57,013 nt of DNA, taken from positions 1-57,013 of the IMG/VR virus record IMGVR_UViG_3300037400_003188; one strand, given 5' to 3'. A program made the translations under genes and the position numbers. Below are positions 20,794-29,753 of this stretch, one piece after another. The stretch is from a virus. Taxonomy: Duplodnaviria; Heunggongvirae; Uroviricota; Caudoviricetes. Under the pieces are notes generated by a model. It did not search any database. It saw only the letters and a list, made by a program, of their open reading frames with translations, and was not told the DNA's origin. Position 1 is the first letter of the stretch. Each line of letters begins with the position of its first letter.

Positions 20794-21327
20794 ATGGAAG
20801 ATAAAGAATTTAGTTTAACATTGTTTCACCTTTCTCAATTCTTCGGTGATAAATATGTTTGGGGCTGCCGCACACACGAGGCTGTTGGCTATGATAAAGA
20901 GGCAAACCGCTTTGTAATTATAGAGGGCGGAATATGCAAAGGTAGCGAGTGGATGTACCAGATTTGGGATTTCAATGGTGCTGAAATGACCGCCGAGGAT
21001 TGGTTTTTCAAAAACTATAAGTGGGGATGTGATGAAGCTGGCGCAACATTTGTTTGCGAAAAGTTGTTCAATGGATTTGAAGAACTTATTTTCGTAAATG
21101 TGAATGGTCACTTTGACCATATAACCAAATCGGAAATTGGTGAGTTGCAATCGAAAGGTGAAAAATGTTTCATTGTTAAACAATTTGAGTTTGAGGGTTG
21201 TGAGTGTGAACAATATGATGAGGATGATTTCTTTGCAACCGTTCAAACAAAGAGTGGTAAATATGAAGGCGTAGAAGCAAAATCTCTTTCTGAATTGAGA
21301 GATAAAATCGCAGAAATGCGGTCATAG
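20794..21327 (+). CDS. Hypothetical acidic protein
   Basis: Packed operon; terminator downstream. Confidence 0.75.
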   Translation: MEDKEFSLTLFHLSQFFGDKYVWGCRTHEAVGYDKEANRFVIIEGGICKGSEWMYQIWDFNGAEMTAEDWFFKNYKWGCDEAGATFVCEKLFNGFEELIFVNVNGHFDHITKSEIGELQSKGEKCFIVKQFEFEGCECEQYDEDDFFATVQTKSGKYEGVEAKSLSELRDKIAEMRS

Positions 21328-21527
21328 TTGTAGTTAGTAAATGTTTAGTGGTGGCACTGGCTTGTGAAAGTCGGTGCTATTTTTTTAATCTCGATTTCCT
21401 ATATGCCCAAAAATAAACTTTTCTGCGACATATAAAAATTTTAAGGATATTATTTTTCTTTCTCCAAAATTTTTATAACTCAAATAAATATAGTATCTTT
21501 GCACCAGAAATTAAAAACAATACGACT

Positions 21528-21770
21528 ATGACAAGAGTTATATTTAGAAAGTGGAAAGGAGATAATGAGATTATCGCGGTCTTTCCTGATGAGATTGTAA
21601 ATGAATTCAATGAGTGTCAATCATATACGCATTGGGGACAGCATTCACCAGCGGACTATAATGCAGTTATCCGCCACACAAAGGCGGCTACCGAAGATGA
21701 ATATGCACCGCTGCTCGAAGAGTTAAAGTACATTGGTTACGATGACCTTAAAATATATAAAAGAAAATAA
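21528..21770 (+). CDS. Conserved phage/ICE hypothetical protein (VIFRK...AVFP...SY..GQH)
   Basis: Recognisable motif pattern; after promoter. Confidence 0.75.
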   Translation: MTRVIFRKWKGDNEIIAVFPDEIVNEFNECQSYTHWGQHSPADYNAVIRHTKAATEDEYAPLLEELKYIGYDDLKIYKRK

Positions 21771-21790
21771 CAACTAAAAATACTAACATC

Positions 21791-21973
21791 ATGATTATTA
21801 AAATTGAAGTTCAAAATTGGAAACACATTCCAAGTGAATTAGCATTACAATTCGTGTTAAAAGAGGTAGCAAAAGACGCTGCTAATGGTACACTTGCTTC
21901 TGGAAAAACAGTAACTGCTAACTACTACGATATGAATGGTATTGAGTATCGGGCGACAGTTTCGTACAAGTGA
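21791..21973 (+). CDS. Hypothetical protein
   Basis: Packed ORF. Confidence 0.6.
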   Translation: MIIKIEVQNWKHIPSELALQFVLKEVAKDAANGTLASGKTVTANYYDMNGIEYRATVSYK

Positions 21974-22059
21974 CGTTTATTTCCCTAAAATTTTTATATA
22001 CGGAATAAATGTAGTATCTTTGTATCGTAATTCATTAACAACTAAAAACAACACACATT

Positions 22060-23091
22060 ATGACACAACTTGAAAGACTTGCACAAAACATTCTCTTCGG
22101 CTATAATGGCGAAGATATGCAAAAGGTAATTACTACTATTACTAATGGTGGCGTAGTAGGCGTAGAAACGATTATTCGCTGGAAAGACAGCGGAGAAATC
22201 TGCCAACGAGATATTGCTATAAGCAAACACGAAACAACCGAAGACTTTTGGTTCGATGAGGACTTTTTGTTCAATGTGAATGACGTACCTCAATTCCTCT
22301 CATTGCTTGCTAATCTTGATTTTATCAATGGTGAGTTCGACAATGAGGAACAATGGTTAGAGGAAATCCACAAATATGAGGGAGAGGACAAAGATGACTA
22401 TTTTCATAGCGGAGAGGACTTTGATATTATCGACGTTATTGGTAAATACTTTATTGAACCCGACCAATTTGATGAGCCGATGATTGGCACGAAAGAGGTC
22501 GTAGAGGGTGGAGTAAAATATACACCTGACCATACTGACCAAGGTTATGTCTTTAAGGACTTAAATGCTATCAAAAAGAAAGAGGGTATCTGCTATATTG
22601 CAGAGTGTGGTTTTGAAGACAATGAAGAAGGCACATTGTTACTGACGCCCGATAATACTTGGGAACATATCTACACAGGGGCAGTAGTAACTTATGAGAG
22701 CGCAAGACAGCAAGTGAAAGATTTAGTCAATGACCGCTTCCCTAAATTCCGTGTAGCAAATTTCACCAATCTAAATAACGATTTATTCTATGAATTTGTT
22801 GAGAAGATTACGGACTATATTCTTCAAGAGGTAGATTGGCAATGCTTCAGTACTATGCTGAACGAAATGGACTTGGAAGAGGAGTTGGATTATTTCCTCC
22901 AAGATAAGTTCGCAGAGTTCGCAAAGAAGAGATTTGAAGAAGACGGAGATGACACAGAGTACGCGGACAATGAGGATTTGTTCGATAAGTTGTCTAATTA
23001 TCTCGGACACTACTGCTATCGTAATGATGACTATTCCCTGACAGATTGGGACAGCCTGATTGATAGGTGGGAGAACGAGCCGAACTATTAA
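22060..23091 (+). CDS. Highly acidic hypothetical protein (343 aa)
   Basis: Long ORF after promoter; D/E-rich throughout. Confidence 0.85.
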   Translation: MTQLERLAQNILFGYNGEDMQKVITTITNGGVVGVETIIRWKDSGEICQRDIAISKHETTEDFWFDEDFLFNVNDVPQFLSLLANLDFINGEFDNEEQWLEEIHKYEGEDKDDYFHSGEDFDIIDVIGKYFIEPDQFDEPMIGTKEVVEGGVKYTPDHTDQGYVFKDLNAIKKKEGICYIAECGFEDNEEGTLLLTPDNTWEHIYTGAVVTYESARQQVKDLVNDRFPKFRVANFTNLNNDLFYEFVEKITDYILQEVDWQCFSTMLNEMDLEEELDYFLQDKFAEFAKKRFEEDGDDTEYADNEDLFDKLSNYLGHYCYRNDDYSLTDWDSLIDRWENEPNY

Positions 23092-23145
23092 GAATGTATA
23101 TACTCAATTGAGTACCTAATTACAAAAGAAAGGAGAATAAGAATT

Positions 23146-23322
23146 ATGACAGAACTTGAATTAGCAAAATTTCGCGACGACACTTACAATCGTCTTGTAG
23201 AAACATTCGATATGAGCCACGAACAAGCGAATTTCGTGATTGCTCTTGAACAGCATACACATTCAACACTTGGGGCTGCCCTGTATGAAATTAACGATTT
23301 TTTGGATCATTGCGGGCTATAA
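23146..23322 (+). CDS. Small protein (58 aa)
   Basis: AGAAAGGAG upstream. Confidence 0.55.
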   Translation: MTELELAKFRDDTYNRLVETFDMSHEQANFVIALEQHTHSTLGAALYEINDFLDHCGL

Positions 23323-23443
23323 TATAATGGGTTTCGATTTAGCCGAATAGTAAACAATATTTAATAAAAAATAAAAAAATTATGGGTTTCGATTGACTTT
23401 TTACACCTTTCATTTATATTTATATATAGAAAGGATTAGTAAA

Positions 23444-24154
23444 ATGAAAAAGAAATTTATAATTTACAAATACACATCACCGAGTGGCGGCGTATACATT
23501 GGGCAAACCTGTGCTACTAAACTATCATATAGACAGGGCATAGACGGGTCGAGATATTTACAAGTAGATAAAACAACTGGTGAATATTTACAACCAGCAA
23601 TTGCAAGAGCAATTATTAAATACGGCTTCGATAATTTCAAAAAAGAGATATTATTTGAGGGTTTATCGTCTGAAGAGGCTGATGAAAAAGAAATCGAACT
23701 AATTAAATATTATAAAGAGAATGGCGAATGCTATAATGTAACCTCTGGCGGAAAGGGTATTCCAGGCGTTAATTATACTAAGATAAAACAATATACATTA
23801 TCTGGCAACTTTGTAAAAAACTGGGATAGTGTAGAAGAAGCTGCGGTATCATTAGGTAATAAACAATATAGTAGTAATATAAGTGCTTGCTGTGCGGGTA
23901 AAAAACATAGGGCATATGGCTTTATTTGGAGATACGCTGATGACAATTCTATTGTAGAGCCGCTTAGCCCATATAGGGAAAGAGTGTGCCAATTAACTAA
24001 AGACGGAAAATATGTAGCAACATATAATTCAGTTAAATATGCTAGTAAAATGACTGGTATTAAAGAAAGAACAATTAGTAATGCACTTGAAGGAAGGTGG
24101 GCTAAAACTGCTGGCGGATATATATGGAGATTTGAACGTTTTATAAAAAAATAG
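23444..24154 (+). CDS. Free-standing GIY-YIG homing endonuclease with two NUMOD1-type repeats
   Basis: IIYKYTSPSGGVYIGQT, E..LI and YN motifs; repeated QY/QL..G.YV....S...A...G.IWR units. Confidence 0.85.
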   Translation: MKKKFIIYKYTSPSGGVYIGQTCATKLSYRQGIDGSRYLQVDKTTGEYLQPAIARAIIKYGFDNFKKEILFEGLSSEEADEKEIELIKYYKENGECYNVTSGGKGIPGVNYTKIKQYTLSGNFVKNWDSVEEAAVSLGNKQYSSNISACCAGKKHRAYGFIWRYADDNSIVEPLSPYRERVCQLTKDGKYVATYNSVKYASKMTGIKERTISNALEGRWAKTAGGYIWRFERFIKK

Positions 24155-24276
24155 TATTTTTATGCCCTAAAATTTTTATAATCCAAAAAATTGTTGTACT
24201 TTTGCATTGTCATTTAAAAAATAACTTTATTAACAATTTAAAAATGAGGGCGCATTGAAAACAATGCGATACAACT

Positions 24277-25041
24277 ATCGGATTAGATGTTTATTTCGAG
24301 AAAGTAAAACCGAGTAAGGGTGTTAACGTAAATTCAGTTGAGGAACTTTCTGCTGACCGCACTGCGCAGCACAAGAAAGCATTCAACAAAGTGGTTAACC
24401 AATACGTTAAGCGTATTAAACAGGCAATCGCTGACGATAATTTCGAGGAGCGTAATAAGGCTATCGCAGAGTTACGCGAATATATTAAGGAGACAATGGT
24501 CTACGATTGGTATTGGAAGGCTGTCTCTGAAGAGAAATCCAATAAGGAGATTTTGGACGAGGTTAAGCACCTGAAGAAGATGTTCTACCCGCACGAAGAT
24601 GTGTATTTCCGCAAAGCAAACTTTGTGTATCGCTTCTTCCACCCCTATCTTGTAGACGAGGTGTGCATCGTAACCAAAGATATGGTAAACGACCTTTTGG
24701 AACGCTGTGACGAGGTTATCGCCGCTGCTAAAGAGGACGGAGTTATCGACGAGAACGGAGAAATTGACAAGCGATATTTCTATTGTCGAAATTTCTATGA
24801 CCTAACGAAAGAGGAACAAGAGAAAGAAAGAAAGCGTGTGGCTAAGGAAACCGCGAAAATGCCACGAGTATGGGCTGAAACGGCTGAAAATCAACTCCCT
24901 ACACAAGACGGCTTCTTCTTCGGCAGCACAGAGTACGATGTCTACTACTTGGAAGATATTCTGTCCTGCAAACACCAATTCGAGAAACTGCTTGCCGATT
25001 GGAAAAACAACGAGGTAGTGTACAACATAATGAGTTGGTAA
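24277..25041 (+). CDS. MGLD...YxRK-family hypothetical protein with apparent ATC start
   Basis: Frame is open from ATC-GGA-TTA-GAT (GLDVYF) and contains YFRKANFV; the ORF track starts only at GTG 24391. Confidence 0.7.
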   Translation: MGLDVYFEKVKPSKGVNVNSVEELSADRTAQHKKAFNKVVNQYVKRIKQAIADDNFEERNKAIAELREYIKETMVYDWYWKAVSEEKSNKEILDEVKHLKKMFYPHEDVYFRKANFVYRFFHPYLVDEVCIVTKDMVNDLLERCDEVIAAAKEDGVIDENGEIDKRYFYCRNFYDLTKEEQEKERKRVAKETAKMPRVWAETAENQLPTQDGFFFGSTEYDVYYLEDILSCKHQFEKLLADWKNNEVVYNIMSW

Positions 25042-25155
25042 CCAATGAGTTGAGAGTGTGGTAGTGAAACAATCTACCACATTCTCTCCCTAAAATTTTT
25101 ATATGTCAAAAATTATTTGTATATTTGCAGTCGGATTTAAAAAGAAAGGAAATAT

Positions 25156-25449
25156 ATGACTTACGAAAAGTATCTTAAACTATCGACATTATTTATGGTG
25201 CTCCTGCCAATTGGATTAATATTGGTGCAATCATTTCTATCAATGTTGTTGGTGACACAAGTCATTGTCCCGTGGATTTCGAGTTTTGACGAAGCCAGTA
25301 TGTTGGGGGCATTCAATTTCGGTATGATATACTGCATATTACTTATTGCTGTGTGCACAGGTATTGATTATGTTGTTTTGGGCCTATACAGAAAACACGT
25401 GGAAAAAAAAGAGTTTAAATTACTTAATAAAGAACTAGGGGTGATATGA
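25156..25449 (+). CDS. Membrane protein
   Basis: Two long hydrophobic segments; after promoter and AGAAAGGA. Confidence 0.7.
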   Translation: MTYEKYLKLSTLFMVLLPIGLILVQSFLSMLLVTQVIVPWISSFDEASMLGAFNFGMIYCILLIAVCTGIDYVVLGLYRKHVEKKEFKLLNKELGVI

Positions 25450-25721
25450 TGTATTGCATTGGGTTAGGTGAGCCAGATAAATCGCCAAGATATATTAGTA
25501 CGTGTGATGACCATTGGTATACAACTACCAGTGTGAAACTGTTTCAGTTCACACAGAACCAGGTGAATACTATCATTACACAGTTGCGCAGTCACTTTCA
25601 GAAGAAGATATTTGTGCTTGACCAGAATGGCGAAGTAATTTTTAATACTACAAAACAAAAAAATATTCCAGCAAAGGCGGAGTCAAAAACAACTGGTTTG
25701 GTAATTAAAATACGTGTGTAA
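25446..25721 (+). CDS. Hypothetical protein
   Basis: ATGA overlap with the previous gene. Confidence 0.65.
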   Translation: MMYCIGLGEPDKSPRYISTCDDHWYTTTSVKLFQFTQNQVNTIITQLRSHFQKKIFVLDQNGEVIFNTTKQKNIPAKAESKTTGLVIKIRV

Positions 25722-25771
25722 TAAAAATATGTATACTCGATTGAGTACCTAATTAGAAGAAAGAATATAAT

Positions 25772-26674
25772 ATGTTTGAAATAGAAAGAGGAAAACTGTC
25801 CAAGACAAAGATTAAAGAAATACTGTTTAAGGAACTCGAAGACAATGGGTTCCATGTAACTAATGTGGAAGTTGGTAACGGTTACTTCCTGTTCGACCTT
25901 GGGCGGAACTCTGTAGTTCACTTCAAAATTAAGGAAATCCCTTACTGGAAGTTCGGATTCTGGATTCGAAAGGATAACGACAAGAAAGAATATACTATCG
26001 AGTTCTTCGGTGAAAAGATTGACTGGATAGATAAGTTCAAACCGTCTCGCTGTACTATCTCTTCTTCAAAAGATGACGAAGATAAAATTTATTACCGTGC
26101 ACCATTCGTCTGGACAAAGGATAGCCAGTGCCATTATTCAGCACCTTATATGGCTGTATTCCACGAAATGAATACACTTCAACGCCTGAAGAAGAACCGT
26201 CGTATTGCAGAGTACGGGCTGTCTGATACAAGCCGTAGTTTCCTGAAGTGGCTCTGGGATGAAATCTGGTTCTATGACATTGAGAAACCTGTCACAGACT
26301 TCTATGAGGCTCACATCCAGGGACTGTTGTATAAAGCAGCACTGTGGCTCGTAGGCCTGAAGTATCGTAAGTACGTTATTACTCGTCCTGTGATTGACCT
26401 GACAGAGCCAGGATGGATGACTTCACCTCGTTACGAGACAGGCGTTGAATACCGTCCAGGACTTCCTGAAGAAACTGTGAAGAAAATCTGGTATAAGATT
26501 GAAGACAGTATACTTGCGAAGTTCATGCGTGGTAACTCACACTTCAACCAGTATTCTGACAGTGAAGCACGGCGTGGCTTCTACTATCCAGAGTACTACG
26601 AGGAAAAACGTAAAAAGGAAGAGGCGGAGCGTGCTGCTCGACTCGAAAAAATGAAACAGAAAAATAATAAATGA
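25772..26674 (+). CDS. Hypothetical protein (300 aa)
   Basis: Long ORF. Confidence 0.85.
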   Translation: MFEIERGKLSKTKIKEILFKELEDNGFHVTNVEVGNGYFLFDLGRNSVVHFKIKEIPYWKFGFWIRKDNDKKEYTIEFFGEKIDWIDKFKPSRCTISSSKDDEDKIYYRAPFVWTKDSQCHYSAPYMAVFHEMNTLQRLKKNRRIAEYGLSDTSRSFLKWLWDEIWFYDIEKPVTDFYEAHIQGLLYKAALWLVGLKYRKYVITRPVIDLTEPGWMTSPRYETGVEYRPGLPEETVKKIWYKIEDSILAKFMRGNSHFNQYSDSEARRGFYYPEYYEEKRKKEEAERAARLEKMKQKNNK

Positions 26675-26865
26675 TAATTATGGAAAATCCGAATGACATT
26701 AAAAATATAGATCTTTCACAATTAACAGATACTGAACTATCATATTTACATTTGCATGCAAATTCTTTTTATGGAAATCCAGAAAAATATATTAATACGC
26801 CTGAATATGGAGAAATATATCGAAAAATTATAGCAGAAATGAAAAAACGTTCTAATATGAATTAA
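26671..26865 (+). CDS. Hypothetical protein
   Basis: Packed ORF. Confidence 0.55.
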   Translation: MIIMENPNDIKNIDLSQLTDTELSYLHLHANSFYGNPEKYINTPEYGEIYRKIIAEMKKRSNMN

Positions 26866-26878
26866 AACAAAATTGATT

Positions 26879-27739
26879 ATGGAAAAGAATAAAACTACTA
26901 AATCTGACATTTATAAAATAGACCCCAGGAACATTGTTGTAACAGACGGTTTTAACTCACGCTGTAATTTCGGCGACCTGGATGAATTGGCTCGACAGAT
27001 TAAAGAACAGGGTGTATTGAACCCTATTACTGTTCAGGTCTTTAAGGATGAGAACGGTGAAGAGAAGTATCGCCTGATTGACGGTGAACGTCGTTACAGG
27101 GCTGTTATGAAACTTATCGACGAGGGACACGAGATATCCAGGGTTCCAGCACTGTTTGTTTCTAAGAGTTGTTCTGAAGAGGAACTTCTTATCCAACAGG
27201 CAATGCGTAATGAGGGTAAGAACTTCAATGAATATGAGTGGGGTATCCTGGCTCGTAAACTTATGGAGCGCTGTGGACTCACGAAGTCTGAAGTAGCCAA
27301 GAAACTCGGTAAGAACCCAGGAATGGTTTCATACTGGTTACAGTTACTGGAAATGAAGCCAGAACTTCAGGCTCTGGTACGTGACGGTGTGGTGACCGCT
27401 GTTGATGTACGTAAAATTCTCCAGGCTAATAATAAAAATGAGGAGATAGCGTATCGTGAGATTGTAAAGGCTCAGAAGAAGGCAGAGACTCGTGGCGATA
27501 AGAAAATCACCCTGAAGGACTTGGATATTAACAGTCGTACAATTTCCTTTAAGGACAGTAAGGAGATTAAGTTTGGTCTTCGTCGTCTCTTCAGTTATAT
27601 TGACAAATATAATAATCCAGACGGTGAGTTCGAGGCTGTTATTGACCTCAGAAATGTCCTGGATAAATTAAATAAGGATATGACTATCACCGAAATTCTG
27701 GATGATATTAAGAAATCTGCTTACGCAAAGGCGGAGTAG
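26879..27739 (+). CDS. parB: ParB/Srx-family protein with central HTH
   Basis: LARQIKEQGVLNPI and LIDGERRYRA (GxxR CTPase motif), followed by EVAKKLGKNPGMVS HTH. Confidence 0.85.
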   Translation: MEKNKTTKSDIYKIDPRNIVVTDGFNSRCNFGDLDELARQIKEQGVLNPITVQVFKDENGEEKYRLIDGERRYRAVMKLIDEGHEISRVPALFVSKSCSEEELLIQQAMRNEGKNFNEYEWGILARKLMERCGLTKSEVAKKLGKNPGMVSYWLQLLEMKPELQALVRDGVVTAVDVRKILQANNKNEEIAYREIVKAQKKAETRGDKKITLKDLDINSRTISFKDSKEIKFGLRRLFSYIDKYNNPDGEFEAVIDLRNVLDKLNKDMTITEILDDIKKSAYAKAE

Positions 27740-27959
27740 TACATAGTGTTAGGTTTTTAGTTGGGTGGTACCTGCTCGTGAGAGTCGGTACCATTTTTTA
27801 TCAGTTGTTCATCTATATGTCCTAAAATAAACTTTTTTCTCACATATAAAAATTTTAAGGGATATTTTTTACTATTTTGCATTTTTTCTCCCCAAAATTT
27901 TTATATGTCATTTTTTTTTACTACCTTTGCATCAGTTTTTTTAAAAATATAATAACACT

Positions 27960-28610
27960 ATGAGTAAAATTACATGTAAAGTAAATGACGATTTAACCAT
28001 TGCATTGGTCAACGTACAAAAAACTTATGGACATGACGATAGTCTGCCGTTTCAAGCAGATGTCCACGTGAAGAGTAGGAAACTAGGTTTTCCTAAGTTG
28101 ACTTATGTTGGATATGCTCATAACGACGGTTGGGGCGGAGATACTGTTATCGAGAGTGCACTACATCAGTACATCCTTAATACTATAAATGGTATATTAA
28201 TGAATGGTTATCAAATTCATATCAAGAGGCCTGAAATCAGTTGGGCTGTACGTTTAGACTATCTGGTTTCTATTATGGCGGAGCGTTCTATATACGGGCA
28301 CAAAACAAACATGGATATCATGGACATGGAGGACTGCGAAAAAGTAGAAACGCTTTTATATCCTAAGGCGGATGGACAAAAGTATACATACGTAGCATGT
28401 GTCATCCAAACAGCGCTCGATACTAAGGAGGTAACAATTGCATTAGCATCAAGAGACAAACTGGGTATTAAAAAGAATAGCCCTGAAGACAAAACAATAT
28501 TTGCATATTGTGACGGCGGATATGAACAATTTATAGAGATGGTCGCAAAGGATCCTGTATTCACTTCCGCTGAAGACTTTAATATTAAATCGATTTTAAA
28601 ACTTATTTAA
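27960..28610 (+). CDS. Hypothetical protein (HNDGWGG motif)
   Basis: ORF after promoter. Confidence 0.8.
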   Translation: MSKITCKVNDDLTIALVNVQKTYGHDDSLPFQADVHVKSRKLGFPKLTYVGYAHNDGWGGDTVIESALHQYILNTINGILMNGYQIHIKRPEISWAVRLDYLVSIMAERSIYGHKTNMDIMDMEDCEKVETLLYPKADGQKYTYVACVIQTALDTKEVTIALASRDKLGIKKNSPEDKTIFAYCDGGYEQFIEMVAKDPVFTSAEDFNIKSILKLI

Positions 28611-28634
28611 TAACTAATAAAATTTATTGAAATT

Positions 28635-29258
28635 ATGAAAAAGAGACTTTTTATCTTAGTGGCATTATTTGCCGTAACGTTCACATCTATTTACGCCGAA
28701 ACTTATTAGGTCCGTCGTAATCCAGGTTCTGAAGAGTATTTCCTCGATCGTAAGATTCGAGAGGCTAAAGAAAACAGATTAAATAAACCAAATAGTTATG
28801 CTGGCTTAATTACTAGGTTTGGGTATGGATTCAATTATGACGCCTTTACTTATGGAGCCTCCCTTCTTTATCACTTCGACGGGGCCCTGGGTGTCACTGT
28901 AGGATTCGACGGCTATTACATTCCGAATATGTATACAGAGTTATCGGATGGAACCTTGGTAAAGATCACAGATTATAAATTCCCACTGTGGAACCTCCGT
29001 GCTGGCCTGATGCTCGGTAAATACTTCGCATTCGGTGGACTTTGTGGAAAGTGGATGATTGATAACCCAAATGTCATCAATATGAAGGAGAATGCATGGT
29101 TCGTATCTAATAAGGAAAGCAAAGTAATGTATGGAGGATGGATCACATTCCTGCTACCTATCGGAAAGCACTTCGGATTCAATCTTGACTTCGCCGTCAC
29201 CAATAAAACGGGCTTCAATGTCGGTGCTGGAATAAATGTAACAATTCCTGTAAAATAA
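28635..29258 (+). pseudogene. Outer-membrane beta-barrel protein gene interrupted by in-frame TAG (28707-28709)
   Basis: Signal peptide MKKRLFILVALFAVTFTSIYA; open frame resumes after TAG with alternating Gly/aromatic strands ending FNVGAGINVTIPVK. Confidence 0.7.
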
Positions 29259-29431
29259 TTACAAAAAACAGGTATTATTGATCATATCAAAACTATTTAT
29301 TAACAAAAGGATATAATACAAATATAGACTCGATTGAGTACCTATTTCAAAAAAAGGCCCCGAAAATTTGTATATATCAAATAAAAGTTGTATCTTTGTA
29401 TTGGATTTATATATTAATTTTTTCATGATTG

Positions 29432-29533
29432 GCTTCGGGTGGTGAGTAATTCTCAAACAAGTCTCTTAGACAGCATATTTATTTGCGGGGGGAGAAGCAA
29501 TTAACATCACGGGAATCAACCCCACCCCAGGCC
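29432..29533 (+). ncRNA. Candidate small structured RNA (~100 nt)
   Basis: After promoter; GGCTTCGGGTGG pairs with CCACCCCAGGCC; internal hairpins; T run follows. Confidence 0.5.
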
Positions 29534-29567
29534 TCTTTTTTTAACACGCTTAATTTAAATTAATTAT

Positions 29568-29753
29568 ATGGTATATTGGTATTTATTTGCAACAATCCTA
29601 GCAGCGGTAGCATGCGTATTATGTACTAGTCAAGCATTAACTAGATGGACCGAAGGTGAAGACATGAACTGGTACCTGTTGATCTTTGGCATCCTTAATG
29701 GAATCTTATGTGTCATCGATTGTTGTTTCCTTATTAATGCACTTACACTGTAA
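29568..29753 (+). CDS. Small membrane protein
   Basis: Two hydrophobic helices. Confidence 0.65.
   Translation: MVYWYLFATILAAVACVLCTSQALTRWTEGEDMNWYLLIFGILNGILCVIDCCFLINALTL

Larger units (their letters stand above)
586..29402 (+). promoter_or_regulatory. Family of about 29 Bacteroidota-type promoters: CC/CT-AAAATTTTTATA box then TAnnTTTGCA (-7 element)
   Basis: Seen upstream of units at ~595, 1534, 2160, 3010, 3633, 4190, 4842, 5658, 6375, 7136, 7914, 8467, 9667, 11318, 12785, 13563, 14676, 15378, 16488, 16926, 17791, 18715, 19098, 21463, 21984, 24167, 25089, 27891, 29360. TAnnTTTG is the established Bacteroidota sigma70 -7 consensus. Confidence 0.9.

Noticed and set aside
663-29456. Minus-strand ORFs in the left block (e.g. 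2302..2907, 17037..17603, 19163..20020)
   Set aside because: Antisense shadows of well-supported + genes with no promoter or start signals.
29432-29533. tRNA gene
   Set aside because: No TTC T-loop in position, wrong arm lengths, no 7-nt anticodon loop or CCA end.
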